A DNA stretch of 64,000 bases, filler included, from Sphacelaria rigidula (GCA_964200075.2; 6 parts of 6 records of this genome joined end to end with filler, not necessarily neighbours in it); one strand, 5' to 3'. Shown: positions 11,650-24,631, numbered from the whole stretch's first letter. Notes: generated from the sequence alone by a model not told the origin. Translations and numbers: made by a program.

Positions 11650-14600
11650 TCGGGTACAAAGCGGACCGTTCTCTCGATCACCTCCATCATGGGCTCCTGG
11701 TGAGCTGTTACTGTTGTTGTGATGAAGGCGGCAACTCTCCAAATGAGTCCTCTCGACGCAGACGTATTCGTACAAATACTAAGCTATATCGTGCTCGAAT
11801 TTTTTCACCCTTGAGGTGGAGCGTGATCCGTCTGAAAATGACATCCTCTCAGTGTACTGATGCGGATCATGATCCGGATCATTTGCCCCCTTCCCCCCTT
11901 TACATGTTTGCTCGCTACAGCGCCGGACGCCGGGTAGCGCAAAGGTTTCGCTCTCGCTTTTCTGTCTCCGCGGTCACATTTTTTTATTTCATGTTTTTGG
12001 ACCAACGAATCCGAGAATCTTCTTTCATTAGTTATTTCAGACTGACCATGATCTTTCCGACGTGTGAGTTTTTGGGGCGAGGGTATTAATTGCCATTGTC
12101 TTCTTTTTTTTTTCCAACACTTTGAACTCCACCCCTTTCTCGGGATGAGTCCGTGCTCTCCAGGAATCAATCTGTATTTCCCCCCGGTACGCGCCTTTCA
12201 TTTTGTTCTCGCGGATTGGGTCAGCACTCCCGCACCGCGTCAACTCACGTCACACAAACCCAGTCGACTGTTCTGTTTTCTCGCGTTCTCACGCTTTCCA
12301 CGGTGGAAATCATACATTACGAAGAAAAAAACCAACGCATCGGTAATCAAACACCCGTCCTCTCCACCCTAATGGCGATAGTCGGACCATTACACTACCG
12401 GGGCGCGGCATTTTGGTACTTTCGGTGGTGGACTCGTTTAAACGTACGATTTCCCGGGCACGGTAAAGGCGGAAATCAGAGGTCGTTGCGTCGCGTTTCC
12501 TTCTCACGTGTGCGCCAGAGACTGGTTGTGGGACGACATGTACCCTTTTCTTGACCAAAAAAAGACGACTGCTTGAAAATTATATTTCGACAGGATTTGA
12601 AGCTGCTGCAGGCGATTCTGGATGAGGCAAAAGGACAGCAAGGTCTCGCAGGCACGCGGAAGATGGTGACCAAGATGGTGAAGCGCATCAAGAAAGCCCA
12701 GGTTTGTGTTGATGGATATGTTTTACCCGGCCCGTGCAGTTCGACCCGGTTCCGGTTGTTTTAGTTGCCGTACCGTTCTTTCGTGTTGGAGCAATGGTGT
12801 GCACCACCCGGTATATTGAAATCGGTGTGAGGATAGACGCCGAGATTCGGATCTTCGATGGGGTTGTTCAAATCGGCGCCTCAAGCGCCGATTCGAGGTC
12901 TGGCAACGCACACTTTGCTTAGGGAACATTCTGCACCCCCCCCCCCCTGCCCGAGGGTTCTCGGTATACCTTTATCGGGGTACCGGTGAGGGTCGGAGGT
13001 AACGTTATTCAAAATAATGAAATTCCTGAGGAAGATTTTCACGGTACCAACTGATGCACTTTCCTCTGCTGGGAATCTTCCGATCTGTATGCTAGATCAT
13101 TTTTCATGGCTGTCGTCAATATCTCGATTTTTTCGAGCAACCAGGGGAAAAAAACTCCAGGAAATACATTTCATAGGCCGCGATTTGGACCAAACCGGGG
13201 GAGAAAAAAATTGTGGGGTCTCGATCTCCAAACGATTTTCCCCGACTTCAAAGAAACGAAAAGGGAGAAAGCTGAAGTCCCCACGATTTTGAGGTGGTAA
13301 CCGTGCGTTGAGGTACAAAGGTGGGGTACGAGGCGTTGGGTATTTTTGCAACCGCAGCAGAATACAGGCTTGTGACAGCGCGGGGCATGCCTGCCCCCGC
13401 CAGCTCCGGTGAAACAGCTTCGCACGGGGTTTGACAGGTGGATGATGAGTGTTGACGCTGTACCCTGCTGCCATATATATCACTATAACGGACTGTACTG
13501 CACTACAATGTCCTAGTCTGTTGTCGCTGTACTCGCAGGGTGATGTATGGCACAGCACTGCTAAACTCTTCTCGCGCAGTTTGTTCACTATTCTCGCAAT
13601 ACCGACTATGCCATCATGTATTACCACACGGAATTATCACGTTCTGTGATGATGGAGTGTCCTGCACTGTACTACCCTAGGATTATTCGCCACCTGCCTG
13701 CTCTTCGGCTTTATGCAGAAGTATGCGATACTTCACTCATGGAAAAATTTCTGTCCGTATGGAGAACTGTTTCACAAATCTGGGATACCATAATTCGCGG
13801 CCTCAAAAAAATCGAGATTTGTTTTCCACAAGATTATCTTACGTGGCGTGATATTGGTATGGGAATACTCGCTGTTGTTTAATACGCAAGGCACATGTAT
13901 TGATGGAACATCTTCATGACTTGAGTATGAGTGTGTGGTCCTGGGCAAGACCTCTTCCGCCGAAGCCATGTGGCAGAGACCGTCGTTTATTTTGAAGATG
14001 TTTGAAATTATGACCTGTCAGATCAGGATTTTTGTCTTCCGAAGATTTTTTTTTCGATCCAAAACGCATGTGCTAAGACAGGCCCTTGGTTTTGTTTTGT
14101 CGGGTACGCCCTTCATGTGACCACGGCTGGATCCCTCGGGGGTTAGTCAGAGTGCGACAACCAATCAAAATCATATCAAAACCAGCGTGCCCCGGGCGGG
14201 TTGTGCTCCATTCGGTGGGCATTTAAAACACCCCGAAGTATCAAGTAAGTCCGATGTACATACGAAAGTAGGTTCTTGTCTAAGCTGTCCTGTGATTGTT
14301 TTTATCTGCGCTTCATGCGCCGCTCTCTTTTTGTGTTTATTCAGTGCAAGGCTTTTCTTAGTTTAGTCTTTCTCAGTACCTTTTTTATGTACTCTCCCTC
14401 CCTTTCCCACCCTGTTGACTGCGTTTTGTGTATTGTATGTGTCTTGTTGCGCCATCCTCCAACTCAGGAGGAGGAAAAAAAGCTGCATCTGGACCAGAAA
14501 AGGGAAGATTCCAAAAAGGAGATTTCACAGCAGCTACACCCTGCCTACGCCGTGAGTTTTAACCCTTTGACCTTCAGCCACCCCTCCCGCAGGCAGGTCG

Positions 14601-17600
14601 CCCGATATCGCCCATGGTCAAGCCTTGACGTCTGTCGTTTTTCAAGTCGCAAAACACACCAGTTAATCTCGTCAAGTTGAGGTTGAGCGGATGCTGAGGG
14701 GATGAAAATCAGTACGTCGGAACCCCTGATGGCGCTTTCTGGTCAAGCTACGTACGTATACGTGTCGGTACGCGGGGTGGGCGATACATGCCGTCGTACG
14801 GAAGTAAGCGGTGCATGTGTATGAGCGTTTATTTTCGTTTGTTCTCTCCCCTCCTTTTTTTTTTCGGTCCAGATGTTCCTTTCATGTGTAGCAGTCATCC
14901 TTCATCGTCGATAAATCTTCGTTTACCACGCCTTGGATATCATGTAGGTACTGTAGCCACGTGATATTGGCCACGTCAAATGGGATGTCTACCCCGCTGT
15001 TTGAAGTGATTAGTTTCATTCGTGTGTGTGCGTGTGTGTGAACACGATCATTTCCACTCCGTTTTCTCGTCTGTCGTGATGAAAATATCTCGAGACAACT
15101 GTGGCGCATGGGACATGTGGGCAAAAAAGTTGTCACTGCCCATTTGGTTGGGACTGGGGTACGCGGTGTATTTCACCCCGCCTGGATATCATCCTAGGGT
15201 GATGCGTCTTTGGGTGTAGTGGGGGTCCCGACATATTGCGGTCGGTCGCCAGCCTAGAATGATCGCACTATGCTGGAAATCGGTGTAATACTGGGATGAT
15301 GCAAATTTATTATAGCGGCGTGGCCGTTACACCTTGACGTGATTCACGAACATTCATTCTATAAAGAGGAGGATATTGGATGATGGGCCGGGTTGCTGCA
15401 ACGTCCTACGTGAAGTGCATTACATTTCTGCACATGAGACACAAAACGGTCCCCTTGCTGGTGCAGGGGGGTTTCGTGAAAAAGAAGTAAGCCACTGTAC
15501 TGTGCCGCCCTTCGACTCTCCTCATATCTTTTTGTGCTGTTTCGTCTCGTCTCTCCTTCTTTTTTTTTCTTCACCCCTCCGTTCAGACGAGCAAGCCAGC
15601 CTTCAACAGTTACCAACCGCCCAGCATCGCCGCTGACAAGCAGCCGGACGCGATGGTTGATGTGCCCCCCAACGTGGTAGGGTGGGTCATCGGGAAGAAC
15701 GGTTCCCGGATAAACGACATACAGCAGCGCACGAATGCAGCCGTGAGTTTTTTTTCCTGTTTTTCTCACGAGGGGGGGGGGTACTCATGATCATGCATGC
15801 CATTTTGAGAGCAGATTTAGAAATGTACTCACTTGAACAGAGACATGAGAAGATTAAGTTGGCAACATAGCGTAAAGAGCATGCAGAGAAAAAGATTGCC
15901 AGCCATAGTTGATGATGCTATATAGAAGTAACGAAAGGTCAAGCTGAGATAAGGTGGGATAGAGAAGCCGAGAAAGTATGGAAGGAGACGAGAGGAAACC
16001 AAGACGAAAGTAAGAGACATGATGGACATGAAGGAAGAGGAAACCCTGAGACGCGAAGTAGATGAGGAAGAACAGGTGAAGATGAACAGGAGGTTGAGAG
16101 AGGGGATAGGGATGAAAATATATCCGCATGGCCCAACGGACGCGGCGAAAAAATTGAACCCGCGATTTTGGGTGGGGGACCTGGACCTGCCAGAAAGAAA
16201 AAAGAGATAAACCAGCAGTCGAGAGGAAGAGGAAACAGATGCACAGAATTGCCCCTGTGGCAAAGTAGTAGAAAGCAGAGTTCATACAGTTGAAGAATGT
16301 GAACTACACAGGGATCAACGGGGACGTGCCACTCGTAAAAAGGGGAATGCGTGACGTGAACGAAGGTGGTATGAGATAGTCTGATGCGTGAGACAAGAGA
16401 AAAAAAACTATGCCTACGAGGGAGACGGTGGCCACAGACGGCGAGGCATGGCGGGGGAACGATTTGTAAACTGTTTTTTGTAACGTATGGAAGAAACGTC
16501 ATGGGCACCGAAATAATTGAAGTGTCTCTCATTAGAAGTAGGAGCGATGCTCCGTCTCGAAAGGGATGCGTGGTCAATGGTCAAACGACTACGGCAAGCA
16601 ACAAATGAGTACGCCCCCCTCCCTCTCCTCTTGTGTCTCATTTCTCTAGATGTGGATGGATCAGAACTTCCCGGAGGGCGAGATGCGCAAGTTGCATATC
16701 CACGGCAATAAAGCGCAGGTGGAGGCTGCGATCCAGGAGGTCGAGTTCCTCATGAACTCCGCCCCTGTCAACAACTCCCGCCCGGGCAAGGGCTCTGAGG
16801 TGCATAAGAATACTGTTTGCCCAAAGCCGAGCCGATATTTTTCGCGCTTGAAGAAAATGTCACGTCCAGTGAATGCTGTAATTTCGTGTTCGTATGTATT
16901 TTCCGCGTGTGCACATGCACGTCATGCATGTAATACAGTACGCTCGTTTTGTCGAGAGGTCAAAATCGATTACCTCGCGGGGGGAGCTGTTTTGCCGGAC
17001 CGTTAGTTTGTGCGGTTTCGTGTTGTCCTTCGAGGTGTTCCACGTCACGAAGGAAACACTGCAATTTCTGGGAAAATCGAAGTATTGAAGCTGTGGTGGC
17101 TCGGGAATTCATTTTGCTTCACAAACGAGCACACGTCGGACACACTATGATCTGTCTGAAACGACCAATCGAAGAAGATTCTCACTCGAATTATGTCGTT
17201 TCAAAAACACGAAGAATGTGATGGCGGAGTCGAAAAGGCCAAAGCACGACCTTTGCGCTACTCGGCGTGCTTGGCGTCCGGCGCTGTAAGGAGCGAACAT
17301 GAGGAAGGGGGGCCACCTGATCCGGATCATGATTCGGATCAATAGACTGAGATGTGTGCAAATGAGCCATGCGTGTAATGTTTTGTGGGGTGTTGTGTTG
17401 GCCCATGCTCTAATCGATCGTTTTGTCTGTTGACGATGTTGACTCATGTCCTCGAGCTACTCCGTTTTTTCTTCATCTTATTTATTTTATTTTGGCTCTC
17501 GCCTCAAATGTGTGCTTTGTTTTTCGTTGACTTCTTGTTTTGGCAGTATCAAGCAGTGCCACCGGGGCATCCAGATATCGCTCCACCCCCTCCCGTCAAA

Positions 17601-19973
17601 GGCCATGCCAATCGCATGATCGAGTGCCCGCATGCGCTGGTGGGATATCTGATCGGCAAGAAGGGTGCTATGATCAAGCGCATCAAGGTTGGTTGTAATC
17701 CCGTTCTTGGATTACTCTCCACCTCTCTGTGCGCCTCATCCCCCTCAATGTTATGGAGTAGGACGTGTCGCTCTCATTACAAAACAGCCTCTGCAATAGA
17801 AAGACAAGAAGTGGGTTTGAACAAGTTATCTCGTACTCGTGAGGACAACCCGTACTTGAGGTCAGATATGTATCTTGGTAATTCCGTGAACGGTCCCGTG
17901 TCGTGAATTTCAAAGGTGCCACGGGAACAGAAGCATGCACACGGTGCTTGTTTGCCGTATTTGGTCGCGGGAACTCCTTTTTGTAAATCTTTTTCTGCAT
18001 TTCGAGCGCACCACTGCGTGCATTGTGAGGGTCGGTGCTATCATGTTGTAGCCCAGGATGCATATCAACCCCTTTATTGGTATGAAATTCAGCGGGTGAT
18101 ACAAGAGGTATCTACGATACGGTGTTTTTGTAGCTTGGAGCTATAAAAAGCATGGAGCCTGTCACGCGGGGGGGAGGGAGGGGGTTGATGCAGGCGGGTG
18201 ACGGAACTCACTGTTTTGATAATGCGTTTTCAACGGTACGGTGATGATGTCTCGTTTCGCATGGCTGTGCCTCACGGTACAAGAATTGAGTCATATTTAA
18301 TGGTATGCCGAGCAGCATTCTCTAGGGTGATACTAGTATAGTTCGTGATGACAAGATTCTGCCGGTATCCCCCCCCGCCCCCCTTCGAGGGTTCTCTCGT
18401 TTGGCACCACGGTATCTGACGCCAACTGCGGGTTTACCTGCAGAGTCCTGAACGAACCACCTGTGGTTGGTGTAGGGTATATCGTATCCTGCGTCACCTC
18501 GTGGCTCTAGGCAATGTCAAGTACTTGGTACCCTGAAAGTACCTGGGTATCGTCTGCCTACAACACCGGATATTGTATGCGTGGAATACCTGGAGTACTG
18601 AAGTTTACCACTACCATTGTCTTCGGTGAGTTTTCCTCACGAGTATCCCATCCCAGTGTGCCGGAGATACAGATTGTTACCCCCCACTTGCAGTATCGAC
18701 CCCGGGACCCCGGCAAAATCGATACCGATATGTCTGAGGAACCTTCCGTGTCGTGTTTTTGTGTTCATGCACAGCTTGTTTGATATTTGTTTCGCCCACT
18801 GTATGTAATAACACCTGCCCCGCCCTGCCCCATCCTGTGCTGTTGTATGTTGTAAAATGACAGAGCCACAGCAACGCCAACGTGGAAGTTTACCAGCAAT
18901 TCCCAGACGGGGTGCCTCGAAAGGTGTTTATCTCTGGTACCCCGGAGGCGGTGGATTTGGCCGTCTACATGGTGGAAGAGGTACGTTGTATAGTATGTGA
19001 CAGTCGACCCCGAGGTCCTCTCCCATGGAGCTGTTGATGAGCTTGATGCCATCTCGCGACATTTTCACTGCACTCTTGACTGTGCGTGTAGAAGGTGTCA
19101 TACGTAGTTCCGCCGCGTTTTACTTGAAGTGACGGGCGAAATCAGACCACGCGATCACGCCATGATATGAGACGTACCCAGTACTCAATGCAGTGCGATA
19201 ACGCCATCGCCAAAACTGCGCCGATCGAGCAGCGGCGGAGGGGCATGTCGCCAGGTACGTCTGCAGTTCTCTGCGATTGTTCAAGTCGGACTGATTCGGA
19301 AAAGTGAACGAGTTGTGGTGTGCCCACGGGTTCTACGTTTTACCGCTGACCCAACTCGTGGCGTTTGTTTCAAACCGGTTTGTTCGGTTTGTATAAGAGA
19401 TTTATGCTACCTGCCTACATGGAGGAGAAAAGCGAAGACAAAAAAAGTGGTTGGAAAACCCCCGGGCACAAGAGACAAGCACAACACGTGACACGATCTT
19501 GATGAAGTAAAGTTTGCTAACCCTAACCCTTACCCCAACCCCCGACGAAGACATACCGAGAACACTCGGGCAAGGAAGGTGCAACGTGTTCCTTAGGCGA
19601 AGTGGGCGTCGCCAGACCTCGAATCGGCGCCCCAGGCGCCGATGTAGACAAAAACGTGTTCTGCGCACGCTGGGAGCACGCCAGGAGCACAGCCCCCTTC
19701 AAAGATACGCATTTCGTCATCAGCGTCTTGTGGGGAGAAAAGGAATTGCCTGTGAAGATCAGTTTGTATCGGAAACGCCCTCAGCAACAAGCTTCTCTTG
19801 TGTTGGTGTAAATGCACATGCCCCATGTGAATCGTTGAATGCAGGTGATTGCCTCTGGTAAGGTTGCCGATTCTCCCACACTGGAAGCGTCCACAACGGC
19901 CAGCAGCAATGCATCTGTTGATGGCGGCGCCGGGAACGGTCCGGTACTGGGCTTCGGCTCTGGTGCTTCCCAG
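11650..19973 (+). CDS. Multi-KH-domain RNA-binding protein (FUBP/KHSRP-like type I KH repeats), internal exons only
   Basis: AG/GT-bounded in-frame exons at 11650-11699 (tentative), 12594-12701, 14468-14551, 15587-15742, 16650-16799, 17547-17687, 18864-18980 and 19845-19973. KH1: VDVPPNVVGWVIGKNGSRINDIQQRTNAAMWMDQ...RKLHIHGNKAQVEAAIQEV. KH2: IECPHALVGYLIGKKGAMIKRIKSHSNANVEV...RKVFISGTPEAVDLAVYMVEEV. Both have GxxG loops. Confidence 0.9.
11858..12066 (+). repeat. Dispersed repeat (gatcatgatccggatca...gctacagcgccggacgcc...); inverted copy at about 17130-17345, another at about 63280-63490
   Basis: Direct alignment by eye. Confidence 0.75.
12860..13000 (+). mobile_element. Dispersed element with conserved hairpin and telomere-like end (related copies at 19515-19720 minus, 51930-52110 minus, 52790-52920 plus)
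   Basis: Hairpin aatcggcgc-ctcaa-gcgccgatt at 12871-12893 and a tgcccgagggttctcggtat core. CCCTAA-like repeats adjoin the other copies. Confidence 0.65.
13180..13690 (+). repeat. Dispersed repeat; a copy in contig 3 (about 21610-23030) is split by a Tc1/mariner-type insertion
   Basis: Both places contain cttcgcacggggtttgaca...gtgttgacgc..taccctgctg and ttctcgcaataccgact...ccatcatgta.taccacacgg. Confidence 0.8.
15772..16623 (+). mobile_element. 5'-truncated non-LTR retrotransposon (family L, RTEX/CR1-group-like C-terminus) with an oligo(C) tail and an inverted family S end at its 5' junction
   Basis: Decayed ORF: LRADLEMYSL...GIGMKIYPHGP...RFWVGDLDLPERKKR...CPCGKVVESRVHTVEEC (CCHC knuckle at 16250-16300)...WPQTA...GCVVNGQTTTASNK*, then gtacg-cccccctccc. 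Confidence 0.82.
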
Positions 19974-20779
19974 GTGTGTTTGATCATTATCGTCCATGCT
20001 CGTGTTTTTTCTCTTCTTCTCTTTTCGTGGGTGCCCAATGTATGATCTTCATGCCTGTTCATTTCCCATTTTGGCGGCGAGGATCACTAATGACGCGAAA
20101 ACCGACGCAGAAGGTGTGTACTTCCTTTGCAGTTGTGAAGGTCAACTGATGCTGACTCTGACTGCATCAAGCGTTCGGCCGTACAGTAGTGTTTGTGTAA
20201 AGCTGTCTTTTTCAGGTTTCAAGGGGCGGACGAATACACTCATGACTCATCCCATATTCAATATTTGCACGAAGCAGTCATACGATTCGTAAACAAGTTC
20301 TGATTCGTACGCGCTTTCAGCTGGTGATTCGTGCGACACATGTAAAGTGGATATTTGCGCGTGGCAATTCTCGAGGGGCACCGTCGTGCGTGCATGTTTC
20401 TTATCGTCCGCACGTGTGTTTTAAATCCAGCGCACACGTTTCCCAGTTTCCTTTCTCGTGCAGCTCATGCTCCACACCTTCCATTCATACAGCATGAATC
20501 AAAGGTACACTTTTCTCCCCCAACATTCCTATGGCACGAATCGTACTTGCCGACGTTTTCCTTGTGCGTTTGAGCTTCAAACGATAGCGCCACAACAGAG
20601 GACGCAACAACTTATCTATCCACGTTACACTGCTAGCTCGCTCCTGGGGTTCACTGTGATCGCAGACACGTTTTTATCGGATCAGTCTTGCGTCCTGTAT
20701 CTGGTGGGGACTATATTTTGGGCATTCACCCTGAGCCTAACTGTATATGTGGCTAGTGTTAACCCTTCTTGAACGCCCC

Positions 20780-20970
20780 GCTCCCTAGTTGGGCGCTAAA
20801 GGGAAGGGAATACCATGTGTAAAGGTTCTCGTATAATGTACGAGGAATACGTACGGAACGCCCAAATGTTAGAGGTGTTTCCGAAAGGGTCGGGAACGGT
20901 GTACCGTCTTGAAGGGGTGCCTAGTCAATGGTCAAATGCCTGAGGCAAGTAAAAGAGGCGTACCCCCCGC
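20780..20970 (+). mobile_element. Old 3' stub of family L
   Basis: cccaaatgttagaggtgttt...ccgtcttgaaggggtgcctagtcaatggtcaaatgcctgaggcaag...gtacccccc. Confidence 0.65.
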
Positions 20971-21282
20971 ATCCTGCAACCCCCCTTCCCCATCCGCGAC
21001 AGCAAACCGAGCAGGATGCGGACAAACTGACACACAGACGCGAGCGTGCTCTTGAAATAGTATCTGTGAGTTTGTCGCTTTCACCAAAAGCTGTAGTGTG
21101 GGTGCCACAAGTGTGATTGGCGTAGCCATCACACCTGTTACTACAGCTCAGATATAGGCAAATTATTGAGAAGCTGTCCGCTGGCCGTTTTTTTTTTTTT
21201 TCCATCACTCCTGCAAAGGGCCACACGTGAATGAATCATTCCAATTTCGCGAGAATCATCAACGAACAAACCTCCCAATAGT

Positions 21283-21382
21283 NNNNNNNNNNNNNNNNNN
21301 NNNNNNNNNNNNNNNNNNNNNNNNNNTTAATTAATTAANNNNNNNNNNNNNNNNNNNNNNNNNNNNNNNNNNNNNNNNNNNN
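21283..21382. other. Artificial contig linker
   Basis: N44-TTAATTAATTAA-N44. Confidence 0.97.
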
Positions 21383-21395
21383 CCGCGTGTGAGGT

Positions 21396-21430
<35 letters not shown>
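21396..21430. repeat. Poly(G) tract (35 nt)
   Basis: Read directly. Confidence 0.95.
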
Positions 21431-21431
<1 letters not shown>

Positions 21432-21924
21432 GGTACCGTTATTTCCCGATATGGGGCCCCTCGATGCTACGGTATGGGTTGCACTTTTTGTTTCTGGGTC
21501 TCTTTTTCGTAAGAGCCCAAATATATGAGGCTCAGACCATCTTGTATGGCAGTCACAAAAACGGATCTGTACGCAGATCGGGAGATCTCAGATCCGGAAA
21601 CGTCATGTATGGACCCCTATTTGGCCCAAATCGGGGAAGCTCAGATTCGTGTGTCACGATTTTGAGAACGATTTCCCCCGAATCTGAGCGCAGATCGGGG
21701 AAAAATCGAAAAATCGAGGTCCCCCGAATCTGTAGGAAGTGACGGACGTACACTGACTTACGGTGATAGGGCAACGGGCGTTTGATGTTTTTGCAACCAC
21801 AGCAGCAGACAGCCTCGTGACAGCCCAGGGCGTGCCTGCCGGCGCCAGCTACTGGAGTGGCTTCGCACGGGGTTTGACAAGCGGATAAGAAGTGTTGACG
21901 CCATACCCTGCTGCGATGGTAATA

Positions 21925-22783
21925 TAGTAGTCAGCATCAGAAGTTTTCAGAATCCGTACTTGTTGTAGTTGTTGAGTTTTTCTCGAGCACTGTTCTTCAT
22001 TACTACTTGAAAGTGCTAGTGCGGTAGAACGTAGGCTGCGCTCAAACTGCAGTGCCTAAGTTGGTGTTTTTGGGGCAATACGGGCTAGATACCCCGTTAA
22101 TCAGGAGCGTGTCATTGACCGTTTTTGGTCCAATAAAAGCAGTTTTTCGGCTCTTCCGCTACGAAACGGTAAATATTCAGATGAGTGAATACGTATAAAG
22201 CCCTCCTCTACTGCACAGACCTCAGTCTAACATTTTCTGCGGGTGGCCTCTTTTCGTTTTTTCTTCGCGTAACATTTTCCATGAGCACCCGACAGTGCTA
22301 ACGTCGATAGTTTTGGCAAAATAAGCAGACCGTGCTCAAATCGCAATGCCCAAGTTCATGTTGTGGGAGGCGATACGGAGTAAAGACTCCGTTCATCAGG
22401 AGGGTGTTATTGACAGTAAATGGTATAAAAAACATGGTTTTCCGGCTTTAGCGCAGTGAACAGGTGGAATTAAAAAAAAACACTTTTGAGTCTTCAGTTA
22501 TATGATCGGGATCGAGTCGGTCCACCGAAAATACCAAAAAGCTAGAACCTGGGGTTGCACATCCGCAGGACTCCCGAACATTGGTCAAGCCCGTAAGTCA
22601 CTCAATATTGATTGCAGGCATTTTTTCTTTAAATAGTTGTCAAGAGGATTGAAATATCTCCAGGTGCCCATTTTTCGGCATCCAACAGTCACTGTGATGA
22701 GCGGTGGCAAGCGAAACAAATTTGGAAAATATTTTAGAAACTAAGAAGTTACGAATTCTGCATACTTCTGACGCTGACGACTG
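21925..22783. mobile_element. Non-autonomous Tc1/mariner-type element with ~45-bp TIRs and TA TSD
   Basis: ta|tagtagtcagcatcagaagttttcagaatccgta versus tacgaattctgcatacttctgacgctgacgactg|ta. It interrupts the repeat that is intact at 13180-13690. A related inverted internal sequence lies at about 56490-56990. Confidence 0.82.
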
Positions 22784-24589
22784 TATTTTGTGCTGCACTG
22801 TGCTACTGTATCTATCATCATAACAAACGGTACTGCTCTATCCTACACTCTGCTGTCGATGTACTCGAAGGGCGGTGAATTACACTGCACCCGTGTTTTC
22901 TTGTCGCACACTGTGCACTGTTCTCGCAATACCGACTGTACCATCATGTACTACCACACGGCACTACTGTGTACTGTGAGTGTGAAGTGTACTGCACTGC
23001 ATTATACCCTAAGGTACCACGGTACGACGCTGCTCTTGGAAGATTATTCGCTACCTGCACAAGGGTACCTCAGGATTGGAAATGACTAGCCCTAACCCCC
23101 TACGAATCCCCTTTTTGGGCCCGGTTTTTTCAACAAAAACACGTGAACTTCTTTTTAATTCGTATGTTGCCGCTATGTGCCGCGTTTGTCTTGAGACTAG
23201 ATCTTGAAGTGCCAAGCACGTTCGTGCGCTGGAAGGCGACATTAACTGTGTGTGCGCGATGAATGAACGTGCAGGGGGACAGCGGGGTGGGGGGGTGGGG
23301 GGGTAATATCCCGCTGACCCGAGTCACTTCGACGAACGCAGTCGAACTTTTGTTGCTGGGGGCTTGTGCCACTTAGTTGCAACCTATCTTGCACTCTTGT
23401 TCATGTTTGAAGGCGCAAGCAGCAAGCATGTTCCGCGACATTTGCGTGGCAGTCTTCTTGCGCTGACCACCGTGAAGGGTGCGGTTGCTGCAACCGAGCC
23501 GAAACTTGTCTGACCCGCGGTCACTCTCGACTATAGTAATCGTAGTCGACAATGGTATGGAGCGTGCGGGCCTTGGTGTAAACTGCATAATTGTGTTGAT
23601 CGTCAGGAGACGTTCATTGGCAAGCAGAAAGCAAAATCAGCAAAGCTCGGTCATCATGGAGTACGCATACGACCATACAATGTACGAATCTATATTGGCT
23701 ATATGCATACATACGTGCACGAATCATACATCTCTCACGGTAAAAGACAAAATACATCTCACTACTCAAGCTCTACCCAATGCTTCAAGCAATGCCGAAC
23801 AGGACCACACTCGCTGAAAGGTGTACAATCTGTAGTGGTCGATGTCCAGCTTCGGCACGTGTTGTTGTTTGACCTTGCTCCAGTGTCTATACAATCATGG
23901 GATGTTACACAAATTACACTATAATCAAGTGTTCGACTACCACGCTAAATTCAAGTAGTTGATAAACAGACTAAGATCAAGTAATTTACAACTATACTAA
24001 GTTCAAGTAGTATACTACACTAAATTCAAGTAATTAGCACAGACCTGCCACCCGGCGCCCAACCCCCTCCTCCCTACCGCCTCGAACCCGCTTTTTCTCG
24101 ATTTTTTCAACGATTGGGGGTTATGATCCTTCAAAAAGAAAATTGAGGTACCCTTGGCCTGCATGTTCTTCGACTTCATTGTGACACCACACCCCTGCAA
24201 AAAATGATCCTCCGTGTACAGAACAATTTCAACAAATCATCTGTGAAGCCATGACATATACAGGCGTACACAAGCTGCACGAATCTGAGTTTCGCGAATT
24301 TGAGTCCCCCCGACTTGGCACAGATCGGGGTCCCGCCAGATTCGGGGGTGACTGCCATATAAGTTGATCTTACTGTGCAACCCTAACCTCCGCGGACCGG
24401 CTCCGGGGACCGGCTCCGGGGACCGGACTCCCGAAAACATGGTGTTCGCACGCAGGGGCCTTTTCGTGAATCGGCATCATTTTGAGTATTTCCGAGTAAA
24501 ATGATGCCGATTCTCAGAATGATCCGTCCAACACACCGAACAGCCTCGAGAAAGATTTTCGCGAAAAAAAGTGCAACCCCTACCGTAGC

Positions 24590-24631
24590 ATTGGTCCTAT
24601 GACTATGGCATGCATGATCATGAGTACATCC
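24590..24631 (+). mobile_element. 42-nt 3' stub of family S with 13-bp TSD
   Basis: TSD cccctaccgtagc at 24577-24589 and 24632-24644. Confidence 0.85.
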
